64,000 nt of DNA, taken from NCBI GenBank assembly GCA_963796285.1, contig CAWCKW010000001.1, positions 32,001 through 96,000 of the forward strand, written 5' to 3'. The notes beneath the pieces were generated by a model that saw only the letters and a program-made list of their open reading frames with translations, ran no database searches and was not told where the DNA came from. This stretch comes from Nitrospirota bacterium. Its GTDB lineage: Bacteria > Nitrospirota > UBA9217. Made by a program: the position numbers and the translations under genes. Shown piece after piece: positions 32,286-41,425 of this stretch (position 1 is the stretch's first letter; every line of letters starts with the position of its first letter).

Positions 32286-33605
32286 TTATACTCCGCCTTT
32301 TTCGATGCTCACCTTCTTCGTTACCTTCTGCCAGGTGAACTGTCCGCTTTCCTTGGTGCCGAAGGGCAGGTACATAAGCTCCACGTCCACCGTCATATCG
32401 TAATCAAGAATCGTGCGTACGACCTTGTCCCCTTGTTTCACCTCTTCAACGGGGAATAATATATCAAAGCTCTCGATCACAGGTTTGTTCGGCGGCAGAC
32501 TGCTGTCGCGCAGGATGCCGCTCTTTTCATAGGGTCCGCGGCCCATCTTATCGCCGCGGCCGAGCTGCTGGGGAATGGGCATGTAAATCTTCGACTGCTT
32601 GAACAACTCCTTGCCTTTACTGTCTCTCGCGGTCACTTCCAGGACCAGCCGGTTGGGGGTTGGTCAGCCGTCCGGGATGGAGTGGCCGGCGCGGTTTATC
32701 ATCTCCACCTTTACCAGCGCCTGCGGAACCATCTTCGCGCCGTCCCGCCACTGATAGCCCAGGGTCTCGACCTTGAAATCCACGGCCGCCTTTGCCATGC
32801 CTGGATCGCGGTAGCTCTGCATATTGTGGCCGAGCTTGCTCTTTTTCATGTGGCATTCCTGGCATTTTTCCTGCCCGCCTTCGGCTCGGTACGCCCAGAG
32901 ATAGCTGCCGTAAAGCGTGGCGCATTGCGAGGGGTTTTCAAGCTCCAGGTTCGGACCCAGGCCGTGGCACTGCCCGCAGAGGATCGATTCGTCCATGATC
33001 GGGCTCTTCTTCATCTTCGGATGAGTTGCATCGGCATGCATGCCGTCCCTGAAACCGTAGACCGTGTCTTTTTCCGGGAACCCGTCCACCCACTTGTGCG
33101 TGATGGCGTTCCGCTGATGGCAGATGAGGCAATTGATGTTCACCTTCGAAAGTTTGGCAACGGCCTTATCGCGCGCATCATCGCTTGTCTTGGGATCGGT
33201 GTAGATATAGGCGTACCTGACGATCTCTTTGGCAACGTCGTCCGTTGCCTCGGCAAGCTGTGGCAAATGGCACTTGGCGCAGATCATGAGGTGCTTCACT
33301 TGCACATCTTCCGGCTTCTTCACGCCGGAGTACTGCCAGCTGGTAAGGCCCACGGCCACCGTGGTCTTGATGGTTGCCGCGGTCCGGCCGGTCCCGAAGA
33401 TGGACCGAGAGTGGATGGACTGCTCCCACTCGTTGTAGATGCCTTCATGACACCCTTTGCAGCCGGTCGAGTCGTACATCTTTGCGAGCTCGTCGATATT
33501 TGTCGCTTTCTTCGCTTCCGCCGCGCCCGCGTCCCGGCCGAGCGTACCTGTCAGGAGTGGCAGCGCGAGCAGGGTGGAGAGGATAATGCACGTTAATCTT
33601 GTCAT
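32286..33605 (-). CDS. Five-heme cytochrome c selenoprotein, ExtKL-like (UGA = Sec at codon 314; 439 aa)
   Basis: Signal peptide; CKGCH, CAKCH, CLICH, CGQCH, CQECH; AGHSIPDG-TGA(32666-32664)-PTPNRLVLEVTARD reads in frame into ORF 32286-32636. Confidence 0.88.
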
Positions 33606-34004
33606 GTGCTTATCTCTCTTCTCAGAAGAGTTGGGTGGCTTTGTTTTTTAAGGGAGTATTGTGACAGGAGATGCTGAATGGCAATGGATACATGATGTGA
33701 AGCAGGGGAACTGCTCGACAAAAGTCTGGACGGGTTGATGCTCATTGCCGCAGTATAAGCGGTAGTGCGGGCGATCACTTTCAAGGTTCGACCTCCTGAA
33801 TACGTCGTGATTAGTTGGTTGCAAATCAACTTCTACGCAAAAATGTCCTCGTAGTTATAAGGATTTTGGTTCCGGCACTTCCGGGTCAGGTGTGAAGTAA
33901 CTTCACATCATAAATCTAGTAACATATAGTCTATAAACTATGGCTTTAGTTGTCAAGCGAAATCGCATGTAATCAATTAGTTACAAAATGATATGTTTTG
34001 CAAG

Positions 34005-35240
34005 TTAGTGTTTTTTCAAGATGAGCGCGGCGTTAAACCCGCCGAAGCCGAGGGAGTTGGAGAGAGCGGATTTGATCGTCAGCCGTCTTGCTTGGTTCGG
34101 TACATAGTCGAGGTCGCAATCAGGATCCGGGTGTTCGAGATTGATCGTCGGCGTGATGACGCCCTCTGAAATGGAGAGAGCGGTAATAGCTGCTTCGACC
34201 GCGCCTGCGGCGCCGAGCATGTGTCCAAGCATGGATTTGGATGAGCTTATCGCGATCTTGTCTGCACATTCGCCGAAGGCTTTTTTAATAGCGAGTGTTT
34301 CTATGGTGTCGTTCGATTTTGTTGCTGTGCCGTGTGCGTTAAGATAATCGATCTCTTCCGGCCTCATGTCAGCGTCAGCGATGGCGCCAGACATCGCGCG
34401 TGACGACCCTGCGCCATCCGGATCAGGTCGCGTAAAGTGATATGCATCGGATGACAGGCCGTAGCCCGCAAGTTCCGCGTAAATCCTCGCGCCGCGTTTT
34501 GCCGCACGTCCCCTTTCCTCGAGGACCAGCACCCCGGCGCCTTCCGCGAGCACGAAACCGTCCCGCTGTTTGTCAAAGGGCCTGCTCGCCATTTCCGGCC
34601 CGCTGTTCCGCAGAGATACCGCCTTCGCCTGGCAGAACCCTGCAAGGATGAGCGGCGTGAGCGCTGCTTCCGTACCGCCCGCGATCATGACGTCGGCGTC
34701 GCCGCGCTGGATGATCTTCATGGCTTCGCCCAGGGCGTGCGTGCCTGTTGCGCACGCGGTCGAGACATCGAGGCACGGTCCTTTGGCGCCGAGCTTCATT
34801 GAAATATATCCCGAAGCCATGTTCACGAGCGACAGGGGAGTGAAAAAAGGCGAGACTGCCTTAGGCCCTTTGGCAAGAAGGGTTGCCATGTTCCTCTCTG
34901 TTGTCGTCACCCCGCCGCGTCCGGAACCGACGAGGACACCCATACGAACGGGGTTTGGCGGAAAAACGGCAAGTCCGGCATCTTCTCTTGCCATGAGTGC
35001 GGCGGCGAGGGCATATTGCATGAACGGGTCGGTCCGGTGCACTTCTTTCGCGGTCATGTATCCGAGCGGATCGAACCCTTTGAGTTCTCCGGCGATGCGG
35101 CAGGGGAAGCCGGAGGCGTCGAATCTGGTGATCGTGCGTACACCCGAGAGACCTTTCTTAAGCGATTCCCAGGTCGTCGGGGTGTCATTCCCAAGCGGTG
35201 TGACCATCCCGATTCCTGTTATCACGACACGGACTACCAT
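34005..35240 (-). CDS. fabF: 3-oxoacyl-ACP synthase II
   Basis: RVVITGIG, STACATG, NAHGTAT, KSMLGHMLGAAG, NSLGFGG. Confidence 0.95.
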   Translation of the reverse strand: MVVRVVITGIGMVTPLGNDTPTTWESLKKGLSGVRTITRFDASGFPCRIAGELKGFDPLGYMTAKEVHRTDPFMQYALAAALMAREDAGLAVFPPNPVRMGVLVGSGRGGVTTTERNMATLLAKGPKAVSPFFTPLSLVNMASGYISMKLGAKGPCLDVSTACATGTHALGEAMKIIQRGDADVMIAGGTEAALTPLILAGFCQAKAVSLRNSGPEMASRPFDKQRDGFVLAEGAGVLVLEERGRAAKRGARIYAELAGYGLSSDAYHFTRPDPDGAGSSRAMSGAIADADMRPEEIDYLNAHGTATKSNDTIETLAIKKAFGECADKIAISSSKSMLGHMLGAAGAVEAAITALSISEGVITPTINLEHPDPDCDLDYVPNQARRLTIKSALSNSLGFGGFNAALILKKH

Positions 35241-35296
35241 GGCGCGAAGTATAAGTTTTTTTTTACTATTTGTCAAAAGATGAATTCCGATTCAGT

Positions 35297-35324
35297 TTGA
35301 CAACCCGGCAGTTTATGGTATAGT
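35297..35324 (+). promoter_or_regulatory. Putative sigma70 promoter of DUF4912-GH57 operon
   Basis: TTGACA-16 nt-TATAGT with TG extension. Confidence 0.5.
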
Positions 35325-35376
35325 TTGAAGGAAGCTATCGATGGACAACTATCACGTTTACGGAAAGGGGGTTGAG

Positions 35377-36370
35377 ATGAAAGCGTCAGACTTAACAGCA
35401 AAGACTGTAGTTGAACTCAAAGCCCTGGCCAAGAAGAGAAAGGTGTCCCTGTCCGCAGGTGATAAGAAGGCTGATATCATCAAAGCGCTCGCTTCCGTTG
35501 CCAAGGCAGTGAAACCTGCGGCAAAGCGGGCTGCTGCCCCGGTAAAAAAGGCGGCAGGCAAGGTTGCTGTCCCGGCAAAAAAATCAACAACGAAGAAGGC
35601 GCTCGCATCGAAACCGGTGTCTAAAAAAACAGTGAAGTCCAGGAAGAGCGCGACAGACTCGAAAGGCACCGGCGAAAAAACGGACCCCCTTCGGAGAGAC
35701 CGCGCCGAAGGCCACGCCTGTGCGTGAATGGAAGCTGCCTCCGGGCATTGAGGAACCGCTCATGGCGCAGGAACGGGTGGAGGAATCCAAGTACTATACC
35801 GGGCCGTTGACGCAACTTCCTGCCGTGGCCTCCGGGGAACTGCCGCAGGGATACAATGAGGAGAGAATCGCCATTCTTTCACGGGACCCTTTTGTGGCCT
35901 ATGCCTACTGGGAGGCGACACCGGCGCGGATCGAACGGGAGAAGGCATGGTTCGGCTGGGACAGCAAGCTCTGCCTGCGGATCTACGATATTACAGGCGT
36001 GCAGTTCGACGGCCGGAACGCCATCGGGTATTTCGACCAGGAACTCGTGGACCGGGTCGGGAACTGGTATTTCGATTTCGGCCGGCCGGCACATTCCTTC
36101 TGTGCGGACATCGGTCTGCTCTCTTCGAGAGGACAGTTCCTGACAATCGCGAGGTCGAACTACATCACCATGCCGCGTGACGGCGTCTCCGATGTGATCG
36201 ACGAGGAGTGGATTCTCGTGGATGAGGAGTTCTGGAAGCTCTACGGCTATCCGGAGGGATTGCGGCAGGGTGTATCGTCGCCGGAGATGCAGGAGATGCT
36301 TAGACGGAGACGGGAGATGGAAATTTCCTCAGCGGGTCTGTTCTCCCGCGATCGGGCCAAACGGAAATAG
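35377..36370 (+). CDS. DUF4912 protein with N-terminal Rho-N-like and Lys/Ala-rich region (apparent frameshift near 35690)
   Basis: TVVELKALAKKRKV...KKADIIKAL; ELPQGYNEERIAILSRDPFVAYAYWE, LRIYDITG, IARSN. Confidence 0.8.
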
Positions 36371-36548
36371 TGCCCGCCCGTTGCCTGTTTGCTCAATTTG
36401 CCATTGATGAGATCACCTGTGTATCATGTCCATCCGTTCATGGATGGACTTTTTTTATTGTTCGGGGAAGGCTGTGTGAATGATGCAGACCAGGCATGAT
36501 CAGAGGAAAAGCTCACAAAAAAAACAGGTCATGGACAAAGGTGAAAAG

Positions 36549-38129
36549 ATGGAAAAAGGGTATCTGGCGCTGGTGCTTCACAGCCATTTACCTTACGTGA
36601 GACACCCGGAGCATGATCAGTTCCTTGAAGAGGACTGGCTGTACGAGGCTATCACCGAGACGTACATTCCGCTCATCAATGTATTCGATGGCCTGGTGAA
36701 TGATGGCATTGACTTCCGCATCACCATGAGCCTGACCCCCACGCTGATCGCCATGCTCACCGACCCGCTGCTCCAGCAGCGCTATGTGCGGCATATCAGC
36801 AAGCTCATCGAGCTCGCCGGGAAAGAGATCGAGCGGACCAGGGACCAGCCGGAGTTCAACCCGCTTGCGCATATGTATCGGGACTTGTTTATCAATGCCC
36901 GCGCTGTGTTCGAGGAGAAGTACGGACGCAACCTGGTCACCGCCTTTAAAAAATTTCAGGACCTGGGTGTGCTGGAGACCATCACGTGCGCGGCCACGCA
37001 CGGATTTTTACCGCTCATGCAGAACAGGAACGCGGTTCGAGCGCAGATCATGGTTGCTGTCGAACATCACATAAAACACTTTAGCAGGGCGCCGAAGGGC
37101 ATCTGGCTGCCGGAGTGCGGATACTACGAAGGGCTTGACGAGGTGCTGCACGAAGCGGGTATCGCCTACTTCTTCACGGATGCGCATGGGGTGTTCCACT
37201 CGTCGCCCCGTCCGAAGTACGGGGTCTATGCGCCGATCACCACCCGCGCGGGTGTGGCCGCTTTCGGAAGAGACATCGAGTCGTCCAAGCAGGTGTGGAG
37301 CTCAGTAGAGGGCTACCCGGGGGATTACAACTACCGGGATTTCTACCGTGATGTGGGCTTTGACCTTGATTACGAGTATGTCAAACCCTATCTGCATCCG
37401 GACGGTGTGCGCGTGAACCTGGGGATCAAGTATCACAAGATCACGGGCGCGTCAAACCGAAAAGACCCTTATATTCGTCACTGGGCGCTCGAACGGGCGG
37501 CTGAACATGCAGGCAACTTCCTGTTCAACCGGGAGAAGCAGGTCGAATGGCTCGCCGGGATGTTCCCCGAACAGAAGCCGGTCATTGTTGCGCCCTATGA
37601 TGCGGAGCTGTACGGACACTGGTGGTTCGAGGGGCCGGATTGGATCAACTTCCTGATCCGTAAAACCGCGTGCGATCAGAAGACGGTGCGCCTCATTACC
37701 CCCTCCGAATACCTGCACGAGAACCCGAAGTGCCAGATCGCCACGCCGTCCCCTTCAAGCTGGGGTTACCGGGGCTATTCCGAGGTATGGCTGAACGAAG
37801 CGAATGACTGGATCTACCGGCATTTGCACAAGGCCGCGGACCGCATGGTGGAACTGGCACAGACGTTTCCTGCTGCTGATGGGATCCTGCGCAGGGCGCT
37901 TAACCAGGCGGCGCGGGAACTGCTTCTTGCCCAGAGTTCTGACTGGGCATTCATCATGAAGACCGGCAGCCATGTCGAATATGCGGTCAAGAAAACAAAA
38001 GAGCATTTGCTCAGATTCGATAAGCTGTATCACAATAGTAAAGGAAATGCCCTTGACGAAGGATGGCTCAGCGGGATAGAATACAGCGACAATTTATTCC
38101 CCGACATCGATTATCGCGTGTATGCTTAA
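36549..38129 (+). CDS. GH57 1,4-alpha-glucan branching enzyme (DUF1957)
   Basis: LVLHSHLPYV, EAITETYIP, GIWLPECGY, PYDAELYGHWWFEG, AQSSDWAF. Confidence 0.95.
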   Translation: MEKGYLALVLHSHLPYVRHPEHDQFLEEDWLYEAITETYIPLINVFDGLVNDGIDFRITMSLTPTLIAMLTDPLLQQRYVRHISKLIELAGKEIERTRDQPEFNPLAHMYRDLFINARAVFEEKYGRNLVTAFKKFQDLGVLETITCAATHGFLPLMQNRNAVRAQIMVAVEHHIKHFSRAPKGIWLPECGYYEGLDEVLHEAGIAYFFTDAHGVFHSSPRPKYGVYAPITTRAGVAAFGRDIESSKQVWSSVEGYPGDYNYRDFYRDVGFDLDYEYVKPYLHPDGVRVNLGIKYHKITGASNRKDPYIRHWALERAAEHAGNFLFNREKQVEWLAGMFPEQKPVIVAPYDAELYGHWWFEGPDWINFLIRKTACDQKTVRLITPSEYLHENPKCQIATPSPSSWGYRGYSEVWLNEANDWIYRHLHKAADRMVELAQTFPAADGILRRALNQAARELLLAQSSDWAFIMKTGSHVEYAVKKTKEHLLRFDKLYHNSKGNALDEGWLSGIEYSDNLFPDIDYRVYA

Positions 38130-39492
38130 ACCATCCGTTCTCAAAGAGTTGACATCAATCGTCGGTCCCGCCAACGTCTCCACTTCGCCTGAAGAGCTCG
38201 TCGTCTATTCCTATGATGCCACTCAGCGGGAGTCTCTCCCCTGGGCCGTGGTGCGTCCCCGTTCATCCCAAGAGATCTCGGAAATACTCAAGCTGGCCAA
38301 CCGGGAGCTGTTTCCCGTAGTGCCGCGCGGAGCAGGGTCCGGCATGTCCGGAGGGTCCGTACCGGTCCAGGGCGGCGTGGTGCTCTCGCTCGAACGCATG
38401 AACCACATTCTCGAAATCGATGACCAGGACTTTATCGCCGTGGTGGAACCGGGCGTCGTCACCGGTGATCTGCAGCGCGAGGTCGAGTCGCGCGGTCTCT
38501 TTTATCCGCCCGACCCGGCAAGCAACAAGTTCTGCACTCTGGGCGGAAATGTGGCCGAATGCGCGGGAGGACTACGCGCCGTGAAGTACGGTGTGACCAA
38601 GGACTATGTGCTCGGTCTGGAGGTCGTGCTGCCCACGGGCGAGATCATCACTACCGGCGCGCGCACGGTCAAGAGCGTGGCGGGATATGACCTCACAAAA
38701 CTCATTGTCGGGTCTGAAGGCACGCTCGGTATCGCCACGAGGATAACCCTGAAGCTTCTGCCCCTGCCGGAGACCATACGGACCCTGGCCGCTTTTTTCA
38801 GCGAGGTCCCTGTCGCCGCGAAGACGGCATCCGCGATCATGGCGAGCGGTGTCCTTCCCCGAGCGCTCGAATTTGTGGACCAGGCAGCTCTCAGGGCGGT
38901 CGAGGGCTATCTGAAGGAAGACCTGTCGCATGGCGCGGCCGCCATGCTGCTTGTGGAGGTGGATGGGCCGGCTGAATCCACGGCGCGTGAGGCGGACCGG
39001 ATAGCAGAGATCATGATGCGCAACGGCGCTGCGCGCGTGAATCGGGCCGGGTCAGATGCGGAACGGGAACAGCTCTGGAAGGCGCGGCGGTCAATCTCCC
39101 CGGCGCTTTATACGATAAAGCCGAAGAAGTTGAACGAAGATATCGTTGTGCCGCGCAGCAGGATCGCCGAAAGCCTGCAGGAGATCGCTGCGATCGCGGA
39201 GCGGCACGGACTCCTGATCGTGAACTTCGGGCATGCCGGTGACGGCAATATTCACACCAATATCATGTACGATGAAGCGGACCTGCAGAAGGCTGAAATG
39301 GCGGTCAAAGAGGTCTTCGCGTCCACACTGCGCCTTGGCGGGAGCATCACCGGCGAGCACGGGATCGGTTTGTCAAAGGCCGCCTACCTGCCGATGGAAC
39401 TGGGGCAGGAGGCTATCGCGGCGATGAAAAGGATCAAATATGCTCTTGATCCGAATAATATATTGAACCCGGGGAAGATATTTTTGGGATAG
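38122..39492 (+). CDS. FAD-linked oxidase, GlcD/D-lactate dehydrogenase family
   Basis: PRGAGSGMSGG, YPPDPAS, KYGVTKDYV, GSEGTLG, GHAGDGNIH, GEHGIG. Confidence 0.93.
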   Translation: MLKPSVLKELTSIVGPANVSTSPEELVVYSYDATQRESLPWAVVRPRSSQEISEILKLANRELFPVVPRGAGSGMSGGSVPVQGGVVLSLERMNHILEIDDQDFIAVVEPGVVTGDLQREVESRGLFYPPDPASNKFCTLGGNVAECAGGLRAVKYGVTKDYVLGLEVVLPTGEIITTGARTVKSVAGYDLTKLIVGSEGTLGIATRITLKLLPLPETIRTLAAFFSEVPVAAKTASAIMASGVLPRALEFVDQAALRAVEGYLKEDLSHGAAAMLLVEVDGPAESTAREADRIAEIMMRNGAARVNRAGSDAEREQLWKARRSISPALYTIKPKKLNEDIVVPRSRIAESLQEIAAIAERHGLLIVNFGHAGDGNIHTNIMYDEADLQKAEMAVKEVFASTLRLGGSITGEHGIGLSKAAYLPMELGQEAIAAMKRIKYALDPNNILNPGKIFLG

Positions 39493-40256
39493 TGATGAGG
39501 GTGATGAGAAAAGAGGAGCGAGAGACGATGGACGTTGGACGAGGGACTCGAGACGTGAGGGAGGAAGGACGGGAGAACATTCAATCTTCTTGCCATCCAT
39601 CAATATCCTCTTTTTTCCCCTGTCTCCGCACCGTCGTAGCAGTGTTAATTGTTTTGGCTGTTGTTGCGCTCTCGTCTCCCGCATGGGCAGAAGGTCCGGC
39701 TCCACCCACGCCGGTCAAAGCTCTCAGCAATGAAATCCAGCAGCTGCGACAGCAGGCAGCACAGCTTGAAGAAGAAAATCAGGGGCTCAGGAACATGCTC
39801 AGGGATATGGACGACGGTGAGCTCTATCTGGTCGTGGACACGAAAAGCAACCGGCTTACGATGAGACAGGGAAACACTGTCCTGATGACGGCGATCGTGG
39901 GGTCCGGCAGCCACCAGTTCCTGAAAGAGGAGAGGGGGAGAAGCTGGTATTTTGAGAGCCCTTTGGGTTCGTTCACGGTCCTCGGCAAGGAACGGAACCC
40001 GGTCTGGATCAGGCCCGACTGGTCCTATGTGGAGGAGAACATGCCCATTCCGTCGGCGAACGACCCGGACCGGTTCGTGCGTGATGTGCTGGGCAAATAT
40101 GCCATTCTTCTGGGGAATGGGTATAAGATCCATGGCACAAAGTGGAAAAATCTTCTGGGGACCCACTTTACCCACGGGTGCGTTTCCCTTGGCGACGAGG
40201 ATCTCGAAGTAGTCCATACATCAGTGAAGAACGGCACCAGGGTATACATCTACTAA
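39492..40256 (+). CDS. L,D-transpeptidase (YkuD family); start uncertain
   Basis: KERNPVWIRPDW, YKIHGT, THGCVSL; signal-like segment follows a repeat-derived N-terminus. Confidence 0.85.
   Translation: MMRVMRKEERETMDVGRGTRDVREEGRENIQSSCHPSISSFFPCLRTVVAVLIVLAVVALSSPAWAEGPAPPTPVKALSNEIQQLRQQAAQLEEENQGLRNMLRDMDDGELYLVVDTKSNRLTMRQGNTVLMTAIVGSGSHQFLKEERGRSWYFESPLGSFTVLGKERNPVWIRPDWSYVEENMPIPSANDPDRFVRDVLGKYAILLGNGYKIHGTKWKNLLGTHFTHGCVSLGDEDLEVVHTSVKNGTRVYIY
39514..39575 (+). repeat. Degenerate heptamer tandem repeat (GGACGA-type)
   Basis: GAGACGA-TGGACGT-TGGACGA-GGGACTC-GAGACGT. Confidence 0.5.
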
Positions 40257-40258
40257 GA

Positions 40259-40780
40259 ATGAGGCATATCTTACAATATAAATCAGCGGTCCTGATGCTT
40301 GTTCTCTTTTTGTGTCTTGCGGGAATTTGCGGCGCCGAGCAGGGAGATGCTGAGCAGAAAAAGCTCGTTGAGCAGAAAAAACATCTGAACGCCAGGGTCG
40401 AGACGTTGAAGCAAGAGCAGGACTATCTGATTTTTCAAAAGACGATGTACGAGTCGGACTCGAAATACCTGATCATCAATTTTGCGGCAAGGAACATGCA
40501 GCTCAAGTACAAGAACCGGGTGCTCAAGGATGTTCCCTTCAAGCGTGTCCTGGGCCGTGTCAGCAGGCTTAGCCATGGAGCGTTGACGCTCACACAAAAG
40601 ATCGAGGGACCGAGGGAGAGGAATTTGCTGATCTTCGGGCAAGACCTGGTTCTGCAGGGCAAGTATGCACCGTCTACCCTGCACGAGGAGGGAATACCGC
40701 GCGTGTTCCTTTCGAGAAAAGACTTCCTATCCGTTTATTATGCCATTGAATCAGGGGCGATGGCGTTTATCCTGCTCTGA
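40259..40780 (+). CDS. Secreted hypothetical protein, degenerate YkuD-like paralog
   Basis: Signal peptide, coiled coil, YLIINFAARNMQLKYKNRVL; no HxxC motif. Confidence 0.65.
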   Translation: MRHILQYKSAVLMLVLFLCLAGICGAEQGDAEQKKLVEQKKHLNARVETLKQEQDYLIFQKTMYESDSKYLIINFAARNMQLKYKNRVLKDVPFKRVLGRVSRLSHGALTLTQKIEGPRERNLLIFGQDLVLQGKYAPSTLHEEGIPRVFLSRKDFLSVYYAIESGAMAFILL

Positions 40781-40949
40781 TCGACAAAATAAAACCATCA
40801 TGAAGATCATTGTGAATGTCTGAATAAGAAGTCTCGTCAATGCTCATTTGATCTCGAACACGTATCATCTCATTTTATTTATAACGATATCATGCCCGCG
40901 AGTGAAGACTAAACGCAACATTTTCATGACCATTTATGATCCCATCAAT

Positions 40950-41066
40950 TTATCTATATGTTCTGCGGTCTTTGCCAGACCTTCTGTCCTTTTCACTTCT
41001 CCGTTCAGGCCCCTTGTAATGTGGATCATTGAATTTTCTTCTATCGTGACCAGATCTTCGATTCAT
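40950..41066 (-). CDS. 38-aa Arg-rich microprotein MNRRSGHDRRKFNDPHYKGPERRSEKDRRSGKDRRTYR
   Basis: GAGG RBS, ATG 41066, TAA 40952-40950; tandem (D/E)RR units. Confidence 0.65.
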   Translation of the reverse strand: MNRRSGHDRRKFNDPHYKGPERRSEKDRRSGKDRRTYR

Positions 41067-41425
41067 AGCGGACCTCACTTTAGCTTGCTACGTTCACGAT
41101 GAAAGCCGTATATCAGCAAAACGCCTATTTACGGTAGATTACTTGAGGAAACATGAATTAAAAATTATTTTCACTGACTGCTCAGCGTTTGGGGTGTAAT
41201 CCGGATATATACCAACATGCCGCTATTGTGGAACAATTCACCACTTGACTGAAGTATATCATAACACAAATATATCATACAGCATTTTTTTAAGGCTATC
41301 TGTAACGTAAGCAATAGCTGAAGTGTTTTGCCGGCTAGGGTTAAAACTTCGGCGGCGCATACGGCGACTTCGCGTAAAACGGCATTTTCTATTGACTGCA
41401 ACCTTTTTCACGGTATAATCATGCC

